Below, piece by piece: positions 1 to 12,682 of a DNA stretch of 64,000 nucleotides; within the stretch, counting starts at the first letter, position 1; each line of letters begins with the position of its first letter. The DNA lies in the NCBI RefSeq assembly GCF_009834535.1, contig NC_045697.1, positions 6,450,001 to 6,514,000 of the forward strand, in the 5' to 3' direction. The DNA is from Camelus ferus. Lineage: Eukaryota. The position numbers and the translations under genes were made by a program. The notes below the pieces were generated by a model that saw nothing but the letters and a program-made list of their open reading frames with translations, did not search any database and had not been told where the DNA came from.

Positions 1-599
1 GTCACATCGTGGCATTGATAGTCACTGAAGCCTGAGGCAACAACTTCTGAACATTCAGTTAGGAAGTTGAGATTTATTGTGGAAAAGGGCACAGTTTCCT
101 TTGGGTTTTAAAATTGTTGAGAGTTGCCACCAGACCCTTACTCCACCAGAAACCCTTGGGAAGCCACAAGCCCAGGTTAGGCCCCCAATGAAGTCTAACT
201 TTCTCAATAAAAAGAAGAGCAGACTTGAGACTCACAGAGGGAGAGCAGGTGAGCATGAAGATATGACCAGATTAGCATCCTGCCAGCTAGCAAGTGAGTG
301 TTGGATCGCATGTTTCCACAACAATGGCACCAGCAGTGTGCACACACGTGTGCATGCGTGCATGCGTGAGGGCTTACGTGTGTGTGCATGGGTGACATCA
401 AAGATGGAGAGACCAAGAGCTTCTCTGGAGCAGGGGGCCAGCAATGTCCTTCCAAAGTGGCAAGGGGTGACAGACAGTGTGTCTCCTTGTGGCTGAAGAA
501 AGATCTCTAGCCTACCCCCAATTTAAATCACCCTGTTTAGACCACAGGACTCTTGAACAGACTCTGAGTTCCTGAATCCATCTGGATCACGTCATCATG

Positions 600-640
600 T
601 GTGCATGCACACACACACATACACAAACACACACGCCTAT
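600..640. repeat. imperfect (CA)n microsatellite
   Basis: cacacacacacatacacaaacacacac. Confidence 0.7.
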
Positions 641-750
641 ACATCCCAGGCCCTGAAACAAGTAATCCTTTAAAAAATGACTAATGCTGTAAACGCGGGA
701 ATAGAATTTAACTTCATATTAGGAGAAGAAAGCAAATGTAAACAGTTCAC

Positions 751-769
751 CTTTTTCTGTTCCGAGGAC
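751..769 (-). CDS. CLNK: CLNK micro-exon (19 nt, phase 0-1; exon 13): VLGTEK
   Basis: gtttttgattcaatacag|GTCCTCGGAACAGAAAAAG|gtgaac. Resembles recalled human VLEAEK. Confidence 0.88.
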
Positions 770-1368
770 CTGTATTGAATCAAAAACAGATAATGCTGAG
801 TGACTTTTAGTGACAGAGAATTTGACTTAATAGTGTGTGTGTTTTTGGAGCAATTGGTTAGTAGAGTTTGGGCAATATTTTTATTAGTACAGATTTAAAA
901 AAATCTACAAATAATTCTCCAAAAGACTAAGCAAAAATCAAAATTTTATGCTCTTTATGTGATATAACAGGCAAATACACAGTCTGCAGATGGGACTATA
1001 AATTGCTTTGACTCTTTGGGAAACCAGTTTGACCATAGCTAACCAGGGGCCTTAGAAACACTCTTAATCTTACCCCAATGATTCAGTTGATGAGATTCTT
1101 TTTCTAAGACAACAGCCTGAAATCTAGGTCACGTTCCACATGCAAAGATGTTCAGTACATCATCACTTATAATGTCAAAACGCTGGGGACAATCTTCACA
1201 ACCTAAGCGCATTGCTAAGTCATTTTGGAGCTGGACTTACTTACTGTAATACTATAAATGCATTGCAGGTACTTATGTAGAGTGTGGGATAAGATGATAC
1301 TATGTCTCAAAGTCACATAAGAAATTCAGGGTAAAAACTGGGCTCATGACACATTTACAAGCAAAAGT

Positions 1369-1402
1369 ATGTGCGTGTGTGTGTGTGTGTGTATGTGTGT
1401 AT
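1369..1402. repeat. (TG)n microsatellite
   Basis: tgtgcgtgtgtgtgtgtgtgtgtatgtgtgt. Confidence 0.8.
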
Positions 1403-3632
1403 GTTGAAAAAAGATGTTGAACATATGATAAAATATTAATAAAGGTTGTGTTTAAGTGATGAGAGCTACAGTTAATTTTCTTTATACCTGTTCTAGAATT
1501 TTTATTTTAAAAAATTAACATGAAAACGTTCACATTATTCTTTTTAAGTGGAGCCATTTTATCTTCCCAAACATTTCCATTCTCTTTCTTTCCTTAACTG
1601 GTAGAATTCCTGATCATTTTTCATCATGAAAGTCTATGTGCACATGAGCCTTGCATCCTTGAGCCCTGTTATGCTCTTGAAGAATCGAAACGCCTTGCAA
1701 GAAGGACAGTATTTGCTGAAGTATTTTCTTAACTGCAAATAATTTTCCAAAGTCCGTTTCATGCATTGCGTCTGCTCAGGAGGTCCATGGGTATCATTTG
1801 GACAAGGGCTTCTTAACTTGCAGGATAGGAAGAGGTCCTTGGATGGCCTAGTGGGGTCTATGACATTTCTGAAATTAAAAGCCAAATATTTTTTTTCCCT
1901 TTATAAATACGTACATTTTTTTGGGGGGGTGAGGAAGGTTCATTATACCTTTCATCTAATTTTCAAAGTTGTCTGAGGTCCATGAAAAGTTACAGCCAGT
2001 GGTTTGCAGAGGAGGGCCACAGAGGTGGGGCCGCTCACCCAGGTTCCCACAGTTATCTTGTGGCTGAGCTGGTCCTGGAGCCCAGGTCTCCAGACTCACT
2101 CTGGCTTCGCAGACAAAAAACCTTTATTAACAAATAGCTCAGAGAGGCATCGTCCGTCTCAGTCTGAGGCTAGCCAACAGACAAGCCCTTTTGTTTCAAA
2201 GGATTTGGCATCCCCCAGGATTCTGGAAAGAGGACGTACATTTCATCGTGGACAGCAAATCAAGGCAAGTCCATAGGCTAAGTGAAAAGGGTAATGAATG
2301 AATCCCTTCTCATAAGTGGTTTGAAAGTCCCCCCCACTGAGTTTTCCTCAGGACTTTGAACCTAGCAGTTCAAAGTGCCCCATCAGTTGTGGCTGTGGTT
2401 CTCAGGCTTGTCAAAGGAGGGGGAACGCCTTGCTGTAAATACAGCTGAGAAGCCATCTGTCTGGGGGAGCGGTTGTTTGATTTAATTGAGACCCAGCCAA
2501 GTTTTGCTTGAGGGCTCTGAATTTAAAATCAAATGCAATTAGAAAAGTGGAGTGAAATCTCCCTCATTTCTTTAACTTTTTTTGTTAGAAAATGAACATA
2601 TTCAAGTTAAATACTAAGGCCGTCTTTATTACTTCCCACCGTCCCTCCCTCCATCCTTTCCTTCCTTCCTGCCTTCGTTCTTCTTTTTTTCCACTGTTTG
2701 TCCTCAGGGGTGTCTCTGTGTTTTGCAGGGCAGAGTCAGCAGGATGGGGAATAGACTGGGACTTCGGGCTTTCAGTGGTGGCCCTGTCTTCAGCTGCTGT
2801 GAGAGCTCTGGGTAAGTCTTACCACTTTTCTGAGGCTTCTTTTTCTCTTCGGGTTTTTGTTTGTTTGTTTGAGAATTAAAGGGGGCAATAAGTTTCTACT
2901 TTCTTTGAAAACTATAAAGTGCTATGTGAATTCGAGTTGGGGCATCGTTTTTGTTGGAATGGGTTCTGGTCCCCAAGATGCAATGTGAGCGAGCCCTTAA
3001 CATTTACACAAGCATGGCATGTGTCCCATGAGATGGGCTTTTGGACTGGGGAGTGACCTTGACTCTCGGCCAAACAAACAATGAGGAAGTGTCTTGGCAA
3101 ACGATAAGGAGGAAGAATTTGTTTTTCCACTAGGCCTTGCTGTACTTTAGAGGATATCAACTTCTAGCAGAATGCCAACCAAAGTCGCCAGAAAAACAAA
3201 CAGTCCTGCATGGTGCCTGCTGTCTAAGGCTGGCTGCCCCCATTTCCTTCTTGCTTGTTTGTGACTGGGGGGCCTATTGTCCTTTGAGACGGACCAATGA
3301 CTTATGGATGTAGGTCATCTTGAGTGGCAGCCTGCTTAGGCTACATAAACCTGACCTGCAGGAAGAAAGGGGTGGAGCCCCTTTAGGTGTGTGGATTCCC
3401 CTAGCAGCAGAGGACGCCCCCTCCACTGGCTTTCTCCTTCCTGGTGGCACTGGGAAGTCCAACAATGCCCAGAAGAGAATGAGCTGGGTGAAGTCTTGAA
3501 TGGAGCCTCCCATTCAGCAGTCACGTGTTTTCCTCCTTGACATGACGGTCTTACAGATTGGAGGTAATAAATCTCTTGTTTGGAGGACAAGCTAGGAATG
3601 TGTCTTTTAATTTTAACATTCTCGTAACTCCA

Positions 3633-3792
3633 AAAAGAAGGAAAGAAGGAAAGAAAGAAAAAAAGAAAGAAAGAGAAGGATGGAGGTAAGGAGGGAGGAA
3701 GGAAAGACGAGAGGAAGAAAGAAAAAAGAAAGAAGAAAGGGAGGAAGAAAGAAAGGGAAGGAGGGAGGGAGGAAGGAAGAAAGAAAGAAAGA
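3633..3792 (+). repeat. polypurine (GAAA/GGAA)n tract, left part
   Basis: About 160 bp almost entirely A/G. Continues at 4424-4520 on the far side of the L1. Confidence 0.85.
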
Positions 3793-4423
3793 TACTGTAT
3801 GACCCAGGAATCTGGCTCCTGGGCTTGTATCCAGAAGGAACCCTACTTCAGGATGACACCTGCACCCCAATGTTCATAGCAGCATTATTTACAATAGCCA
3901 AGACATGGAAACAGCCTAAATGTCCATCAACAGATGACTGGATAAAGAAGAAGTGGTATATTTATACAATGGAATACTACTAAGCCATAAAAACCGACAA
4001 CATAACGCCATTTGCAGCAACATGGATGCTCCTGGAGAATGTCATTTTAAGTAAAGTAAGCCAGAAAGAGAAAGAAAAATACCATATGAGATTGCTCATA
4101 CGTGGAATCTAAAAAAAGAACAAACAAAGGCATAAATACAAAACAGAAATAGACTCACAGACATAGAATATAAACTTGTGGTTGCCAAGGGGGCAGGGGG
4201 TGGGAAGAGATAGACTGGGATTTCAAAACTGTAGAATAGATAAACAAGATTATACTGTATAGCACAGGGAAATATATACAAGATCTTATGGTAGGTCACA
4301 GAGAAAAAAATGTGACAATAAATATATATATATGTTCATGTATAACTGAAAAATTGTGCTCTACACTGGAATCTGATATAACATTGTAAAATGATTATAA
4401 ATCAATTAAAAAATGTTTAAAAA
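3793..4423 (+). mobile_element. 5'-truncated young L1 (ORF2 C-terminal end plus 3'UTR), camelid-type
   Basis: Typical ORF2 tail (ccccaatgttcatagcagcattatttacaatagccaagacatggaaacagcctaaatgtccatcaacagatgactgg) and a 3'UTR ending ...aaatgattataaatcaattaaaaaatgtttaaaa. Candidate TSD aaagaaagaaaga at 3780-3792 and 4424-4436. Confidence 0.92.
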
Positions 4424-5281
4424 AAAGAAAGAAAGAGAGAGAGAAAAAGAAAGAGAGAGAGAAAGAGAGAAAGAGAAAGAAAGAGGAGCAAAGAAAGAGA
4501 ATAAAGAAGGAAGGAAAAGAGATCCACCCCCACAGTCTAGATGTACAAGCAGAGGTCAAATACAAGACAAAAACCAAACCCCTCAGGAGGCCAGTGGGAG
4601 TGAGGTGAGGACCCACCATCTGCTCTAGGAACTTCTTTGGGGGCTTAAGGAAGTAAACACCCAAAGGGACTCTGAGGTGGCTCCTGTCTTACACGACTTT
4701 CGTGCCACTTACTGAGCCTCTGCTGTCACCTGGTTGTGTACGTGCTGGCTTTGAGTGACTCTGCCTTTGTCACAACAACTTTGCAAAGCTGAGTGCACCC
4801 ATCTCTATTTTTTTAGAGAGGAAATCAGAACAGAACTGGGGTGGGGTCGGGGTGGGAGGGTTCGCCTGAGTTCACGAAAGTAGTTGGTGGCAGAGAGGGA
4901 TTCTAACCCAGGGTCTCTGTGACTCTGTATCTCATATTTCTTCCACCTTGCAGACCCGTCTTCCTTGTGAAAAACAAGTGGCACGCTATAGGACGATTTC
5001 CCACATTTGTTTCCGTGATGCTGGAGACTGTGAGCCATCAGTCTTCCATGGGTCATGGCCATCTCTCCTCATCACTTTACCGATAAGCACTGACTATGGT
5101 GGCAAAATACGAATTTGGTTTAAAGTCTCAAGCTTACCTTGTTTTGCTTTAGTTTTTATCCCCTTTAAAATAGGGGTATTAATACATATCGAGCACAATT
5201 ATTACGATAATTAAGGATCTTGCCTATCGCAACTGTACAAAAATTCCCTTCTTTGTTTCTTAGGACAGAATTGTTACTTAC

Positions 5282-5309
5282 CTCACTCAAGTCCTTTAAG
5301 CTTATCTGT
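5282..5309 (-). CDS. CLNK: CLNK micro-exon (28 nt, phase 2-0; exon 12): (R)QISLKDLSE
   Basis: tttttcttttccttgcag|ACAGATAAGCTTAAAGGACTTGAGTGAG|gtaagt. Confidence 0.93.
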
Positions 5310-8300
5310 CTGCAAGGAAAAGAAAAATGGTGTTACATAAAATACAGGTCATAGTGATCAAGACAAAATCATTCTGAGTCCTTAAAAACCCTTGATTACA
5401 TTTCACCTGTCAAATGAATAGCCCATAGACCAGTGTGATATTTACCACTGTTTTATAAAATTAAAGCCAGGTCATTTTTCTCATAATTTTCCAAGCAAAA
5501 GAAGAAGTTATGAGCCAATATAAAAGGTGGTGAAAGAAAAGACATGAATAAACTTGCTTTTCATTTTTGGGGAATTTAAATAACATTTCTCCTGACGTTT
5601 GGTTTTCCACCTCAGGTTTCATTAGCACATTCAGACCTGCTATATTTCCTTGATTTTAAAGCTCTTAATTTTTTTTTTTTTGCTTTGTGGAAATATAAAG
5701 TATTTTAAAATATGAAGTTCTGGTACAGCGGGACCCCAGGGAGGCATGTGTGAGAGGAAAGATGCTGGTAATGAAAGGAGATCTAAGACGGAAAAAACAC
5801 GGCACTGAAGGGCAGGGAAGGAATTCAACCTGGAACTGATACAGTGGCCATTGGATGGGTCTCAGAAGAAATGCCAAGCTTCCTTTCATACTGACAGCTG
5901 AGTCAATTAGCCTCCCTAAACCTCAATTGGTCTCATCTACAAAGTGGCCACAGAGGTATTCATCTTAGAGGGTTGTTGTGAGGATTGCTAGAGGTAAAAA
6001 GGATAATGTTGGGTGCCCAACGGGCGCTATTGGCAGATGTGGGCAAAGCCAGATGAGGAGGCTATGAGGGAGTGGGGGCAACAGTGTACATCTCTCTACC
6101 TAGGTCTGTCGGGGAAAAGACCGGCGTTCTTATGGCTGCAACACCAATCCCAGTTGAAGGCTGCTGATCTAGAGTTAGGAAGGTTTGTCTGTATTGGGTA
6201 AGATGATCCCAGAGGCATACAGTGCTCAGACGCTCTATTCCTGGCCACAGATCTCCAAGCAAGAAGCAAGTGTACCAGGGTCCCACATTTTTAAACTGGT
6301 TTCTTCAGCCCATCTGAGATGGTACATCTGCACCCTGCCTTCCCCTTTTAATGGGACAAGTGAAGGATGAAGAGGTATGGTTAGAAGTAATAAAGTAGAG
6401 CAGATACCCATAGTATTCACTCTTTGGGGGTTAAATTGAGGCTAATTTCAGTGTTTTCAATATTTAAGAAACTCTGGCATCTTAGGAATACAGATTGGCC
6501 ATGTGGCTTTAATTTAAAATGTGTAGTTGATTAATTTTATTTATTTATTTTTTGAATGTGTAATTGATTTTAGACTTGTGATTAAGTTGTAAGAATCAAG
6601 CTATGTTCAACTCCATTTGTAAACAGTTTGAACTGTCTAAGAGAACTTGAATTTTTCTATATATATACATTTACTTTATTAGCTTTATAAAAATTAGATG
6701 TTGAAGTTTTTCTTGTTAGGGTTAAACCTACCTGTCAGCATTAGAAGGGCTTACAAGTCAATTACATTAAGTGAATAAAGGTGTTTCAAATATTTAAGGA
6801 GCTTTAACTGAGTTCCTAAATATCTCATGGTCTTAGCCTGTCTAATGTGACAGAGTGATTGTCTTCCTGTTTAGATAAAAGTCACTCCATTTATGTATTG
6901 AACAATACGCTTTATAGATGGAAATTTGAGGCTTCGGGAAAGTTAGGCTTTGGAATTGGTAACTTTAAAAACTTGGATTTTTAAGTGAGAACCCAAGTAA
7001 ATTGTCAGAAGTCCTGTCTGAACACAACCACCGTCCTTGGACACTGAGATGCCCCTGGTGACGAGACCCCCACAAGACCTCACGTGGAAGATGAAGGCCT
7101 CAGGCCTCAGGGGGTGTCTTCAATGAGATTTGTGAAGACAGAGAGACCTGCACAAAGTGACCAAATTGCAGAGCAGGGTGGGAAGTCCTCCCGGGAGCAC
7201 CACGTGGCCTCCCGGAGAACCTCTTCCCACTCAGAAATTTTCCCGTGACCTGCAGCTGGAGATGCCAACACATAAAGCATGGTCATTGACTCCGTAGAAT
7301 AAGTTTTCCTGCACCCTTCCTGCGCATGACAGGTGCTCAGTGTGTGTCTGAGGTTAACACTTTTTACTATGAAAACAGCCCTTTCTGAGCCTCCCTTAGT
7401 TTTTGGTTAAGCTTTACATAAATTGGATTTAAATCTTCTTTTTGTCTTGTATGAGCTCCATCACACTCAACAAGTGAAATTTCCTCTCTGAAGCTCCATT
7501 TTCCCACCTGTAAAATGGGTAAATGCAGACAGGTACGAGGAGGGATGATTAAGGTTCCCATGAAATAATACATGCAAAAGCTCCCTGGAATAAAGTGCCA
7601 CCTCACGTCAGCAGAACACTTCTAACAGTCATGCTCTCTCTTAACTTAAACTTTTTATTCTGGGATAATTGCAGGTCTCTTGCAGTGGTAGGAAATAATA
7701 CAGAGAGATTTCATGTGCCCTTCACCCAGCATCCCCCAAAGGCGACGTCTTGCAAACCTACGCTGATAATAAAGTTCACACTTTAAAATCAATAGTTTCT
7801 GTTCAAAAATGTGAATCTGCGCATCTTCTTGGTAATTCCTACTTTCTCTCTTTTTATGGTTTCTCGAGACGTATAAAGACTTTTTTTCCACTTCCCAAGT
7901 CATCAGAATACACAGAGTTGCCACCAAGATGGCTTGAACTGATGCCGTGGCTGCACTGCTGTTTGAAAAGGGAAAACCACAGTTCGGTGTTTTGTTTGAA
8001 AAACATCGCATCCTTTACTTAAAGTATATTTTGTCTGAACTCCGCACCTTGGGCCACTGAGTTGGCTGAAACTTAAAGGAAATTTTGTGGCTCAGTGACC
8101 GCTCTGCACTTCTGTGTCCTCATCAGAAAACTGGGGACTACAGCATTGCTTTCTGCACAGGGCTGTTGTGAGACTTAATGAGTTCACGCACCCAAAAGTC
8201 TCCGAAGTGGGCTGAGCAGAGCTAGGACTCAGCAGGCGTCTGTAACTCTCATGGTGTCTCAGGGGCATATTTATTTGGTGCGCGTACCATGATATTAAAA

Positions 8301-10734
8301 TTGTAATGGATGCGTAGTTGGAAATTATTATTATTACTTTGTCTCTTGATGTCAAGGAGAGTTTCCACGTGGCGCTTAGTATATCCTAAACATCGCTCCA
8401 ACATTGACTTCTCTTTCCCTTTCACGGAGAAAACATTCCCCAGGTTGAAAGCTTTGGTCTGAAACTTAGATGCAGTTACTTACAGTAATGACGTTTCCCT
8501 CTTATATGCATTTATTCAAGTTAAAAAAAAAAAAAAACAAGTTAAGCAAAACAGACTAAGTCCATGGCTGCTGTAAAAATCATAGTAATGATCATTAGTG
8601 GTTGAGAAGGTCCAACCAACATTCCCCAAACCTCAGTGTTCTGAGTTTTCAGCTGTCAATTAATGATCTGCATGACATTTCCCTTAACTGAAGTGCTTCA
8701 ATTCGGCAATTGTTTTGGGAAGCCAAGACTTAGCTTTCAAATGGAGAAGGGCAGAGCTGTCAGAGACCGATGGGGGCTGAAACACAACGGTGGGGACCAC
8801 CACCGCCACCCAGGCTGAGCACAGCGGTGGTGAGGGCGGCAGCGGTCAGGTGGATTGCCAGACGTAAATCACAGCCTCCCTGGGGAGGGCGATTCATCCC
8901 CGGGGGTGCCCAGGGAGCAGCTGTCAGGAAGGCAGCGGGCACTATTTCCCCCCCGCCAAGAAAGCTCGGCTCTTGGTGTTCCTTCTGTTTTCAGAGAAAG
9001 TGAACCTTGCGACAGCCTCACATGGTTGGTCACCTGCGGTCATTAGTCACGGCCATCTGACTACCCAGATGGGGCCAACTGAAAATGGATTCGGAAGCTC
9101 TCTTCCTCCAGCAAAGCTCTCTCCTTCCTGGTGGCGTCCCCGGTGACTGGTCTCTGCCCGTTTTTGCTCCCTCAGCCATCACACACCGACCCTGTAACTC
9201 GGACCAGGTCACCTAGCTTCTCTGAGTCCTCGTGACCTCTTGTGCCCAGTGGGTAGGGAAGTGATTCTTACCAAGCACCTACTATGTGCACCCACTGGCC
9301 TGGGCACTTGGCCCTTCCAAGCCTTAGAAATCCTACGTTACGGGGCTGCTGGGCGGACTCAGTGGGAAGGAAGGTGACTGACCTCTGGAGGTGCGTGTGG
9401 TGAACAGAACCAGGGGGGCTCTCATGACATCTAAGGGTGAGCACACAGCTGTCAAGTCTAACTACCCCAGAGACACAGGACGCACACGTCGAATGATTCC
9501 AGCGCCACTGACACTGCTGACAGTAGGCTGGTGTCATGGAGACAGCAGCCGAGGGGGCATCTGGAGACCAGGGGAGCCTTATTCTTGACATCAGGAGCTT
9601 GGACACAGATGGGTAAGGCCCAAGCACCTTTGAAACTCGAGTGGCAGAAACATCCCTAGAACCTGGCTCCCTCTGGGCGCTTTTATCCTGGAGGTACATC
9701 AAACTCATCCAGGAGCTTTGAAAAACAGTGTTGCCTGGGTCTCACCTCCAAGGGAAATCAAACACATGCTGGGGAATAGTACTTACAAAAAATTTACCTA
9801 ATTATTTTAATGTAAAGCCCAGATGAGAAACATTGCACTAGAATATAGAGCTTCTATTTCAAGAAAAAATAGGGACATGGGTGCCTGATTCTGTGGAGCA
9901 CAGACGGGAGATGACGCGTCAGTGTTTGTCTTTCTTCCTCCCAGCGACAGCTATCACCCCCGCGCTTTAGAAACACCGCGGAGCTCCTCGCCGCACTTCC
10001 GTCTCAGCGGACGTCACTTGCTTTCTACCAACAAGGAAAGCAGGACCAACAGCCAGAAGTGACGCAGCTGGGATCCAAACCCCGTTCTGCTGGGTCCCAG
10101 TGTCCTCTTCTTTCCCGGGGAAAGAAACAGAAGGAAAATGCGAACCCTTCTCTTCTCTGCCCTAAACACCACTTTTGGACGGTTATTCATCCGATTTCCT
10201 GTCTCCTTCTCTGAGTTCTGACCAGCTCTTGACATATCGGACTATTTGACCAGGAGTTTTAGGGACGGTGCGGTGTCCCATTTCCCGTTCTGATGACATT
10301 CCACTGCGTTTGTTGCTTCTCAGTCTCGCTTTGAAAAGAGAGATCAGAACAGAGCAAGTCCAGTGACTCCTAGTCTGGGGAGGACCCTTGAGAAACTGCA
10401 GGTGGAAATGAATATTTATCAAACATCCACTGTGGGTCCGTCACTGTGCTGAGAAAGCAGCATGCAGAAGTGAGCCAGTCCCTCCTTTTGGGGTGGAAGG
10501 GACAGACTTGGGTCCAAACATAGCAAAGGCACCAAGAGAAAATGGCTCAAGGTAGTAAATGCAACTGATGCTGGTTAGAAGTATGTGCTGGGCAGGCACC
10601 GATAGGCACGTGACAGACATCATCTTACTTAGTTCTCACATTAGCCCATGGGGGACGTGGTAAGCGTTATTATCATCCTCGCTTTACCTCCGAGGAAAAC
10701 CTCGGGCTTCGAGAAGTGAGTCACTTGCCCTAAG

Positions 10735-10945
10735 GCAGAGTCTCCCGACCTCTGCACCACTGACCTCTTGGTCTGTAGCTCCTCGCTGTGCGGCCGTCCT
10801 GGGCACCGTGGGATGTTCAGCAGCATTCCTGCCTCTGCCCACTAGACGCCAGTAGCATCCCCACCACCGATGTGGTCACCACAGAAATGTCCCCAGACAC
10901 TGCTGCCTTCCTTGGAGGCAAGGTCGCCGCCAGTTGAGACCACTG
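10735..10945 (-). mobile_element. MER20 (hAT-Charlie) DNA transposon relic
   Basis: Reverse complement of the recalled MER20 consensus: gggatgttcagcagcattcctgcc...cccactagacgccagtagca...cagttgagaccactg. Confidence 0.75.
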
Positions 10946-11909
10946 CCCACCTCTGCCAGTTAGGAGAAGGAGCCCCTGCCTTTCAGGCCGGGCAGTTTGG
11001 ACTAAGACTTGAGAACTCTCGGCCCTTCTCTGAAGCCACGGCCAGTCGAGAAGAGGACAGAGGAGGGAGGGAGGGCAGGAGGGGATTCTGCAGGGAAGAC
11101 GCATGTTTGTGTCGGGCTATAAAGGATGAAAAGGGAAGAGGCATTTTAGACTTTTTACATACTCTATCAGAACCTGGGGTGAATGGATTTTCCATCGAAG
11201 CTCAAAATTTTGAATTTTGTGTCCATGAGAAATGGTTACTAACTCAGCAATGCCTTGGGCCCCACCGGCCGACCCCACGCAGCTGACCAGCTATGATGAG
11301 ACGGCACCACTCCTTCTGTGCAGAAACGAGGGAAATGCCAATCTCTGTTCTGAGGTATAAATAAGGTAATTTTCGAACTTTAAACTCTCTAGGGAAAAGA
11401 AGATACATACCCATTTGTATTTGTCACATTTTGTGATCGAAGTTGGCTGCCCACTGCCTCACACGCTCGGAGTGGGGCTCTGTCATCAGCAGTTAATACC
11501 AGAGGGTTGGCTTTTTCATATTTATTTGTCAAAAAAAATTGCATTTTTGATGAATGGGTTTTCACGCGTGGTTATACCTTTCTCTATCCTGGAGATAGGA
11601 AACGGGGGGCTGAGTTGGTCCTCAAACAGTCTGACCTTCCTTTCAGTCCTGGCATTTAATATTTTCTTTAATAACTAATTTATGTCACATGGGAGCCACT
11701 CTTCCAATAACTTATTTCATTACAAAGAAGGTGTGTTTTCTGTTAAGGAGTCAGACTACAGGTGCCTGGGACGATTTCCCTCCAGGGTGCAGGTGGCTCC
11801 CCACCACATTAGGGGACCCGTTCAGAGAGGTGACTGCTTGTCCTTGCCGCCCTCCCCCTGCCCCCCCAGTCCCCTGGTCATCTCACCACCAGTGACAGCC
11901 AGCCCTCAC

Positions 11910-12020
11910 CTGGGCCCTCCCTGGGCTTCGGGAAAGGTGTGCTTCTGCGGGAAGGGTGGCCTGCTGCTCGCCGGCTCGGGGGACAGCGGCTGGTACTTCT
12001 TTGGAAGAGTGATGGGTGGC
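11910..12020 (-). CDS. CLNK: CLNK exon (111 nt, phase 2-2; exon 11): (R)PPITLPKKYQPLSPEPASSRPPFPQKHTFPEAQGGP(R)
   Basis: gactttccacacag|GCCACCCATC...GGGCCCAG|gtgagg. Proline-rich region. Confidence 0.95.
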
Positions 12021-12682
12021 CTGTGTGGAAAGTCACAGGGGGAACCTGAGGTTTGTCATGCTGGTGGCCCCTCAGACCCAGAACTCACACCGCCCTGCCC
12101 GAATCTACACGCCCCCAGCTCTGGGTTGGAAACATCCCTTCTGGGGGCTCAGTGCTTTACAAGGAGCCTCGGGTGTCAGAATGGTCATTCCTCCGACCAG
12201 CCTCGTCCCCGTCCCTGCGCCTTGCTCTCGGGGCTGGTTCTGTCATCTAGAGTGGGACGTAACTTCCTCCAGGGTGTCACAGGTGTATCCACATGCCGTC
12301 TGCTGGAGCTTTAGGAGGCTTGGGGTGAAAATATGATTATAGCTTTTCATTTGCCCCAGACTGGAAGACACGAGCTTTTTAATCTCCCCAAAGAAATAGG
12401 ACAATGCCAGAAAGTCAATGAATGCCTCACTCACTCATATATTCACCCACCACCTCACCCCTCCACAAAGTGTGGGTGGTGGTGGGTGCCGACGGGGCAG
12501 AAAGGGGAAAAGAGACACGGTGCTTGACTCAAGATGCTTCCCTCTCGGGGGGCAGAGGGAGGAGTGGTGCGAAGACCCCAGCCAGGCGTAAGCGCTGGGA
12601 CGGGCGTGCTCACGGGGTCCAAGCAGAACAGTGGAGAGGCTGACTCGCTCAGAGCCGAGCAATCAAGTCTGTTGCTTGATAT

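Noticed and set aside
3274..3355. Acceptor-like site (tttcttcctgcag) on the minus strand
   Set aside because: All frames close quickly and there is no matching donor; background cryptic site.
7760..7957. Acceptor-like site (cccttttcaaacag) with downstream open frames on the minus strand
   Set aside because: No CLNK similarity and no convincing donor.
11163..11388. Exon-like segment on the minus strand with a strong acceptor (tcttcttttccctag)
   Set aside because: Stops in all three frames, and not needed because the flanking CLNK exons already join in phase.
11682..12314. Longest ORF in the track (210 aa, + strand)
   Set aside because: Antisense shadow of the GC-rich 111-nt CLNK exon and its flanks; no recognisable protein features.
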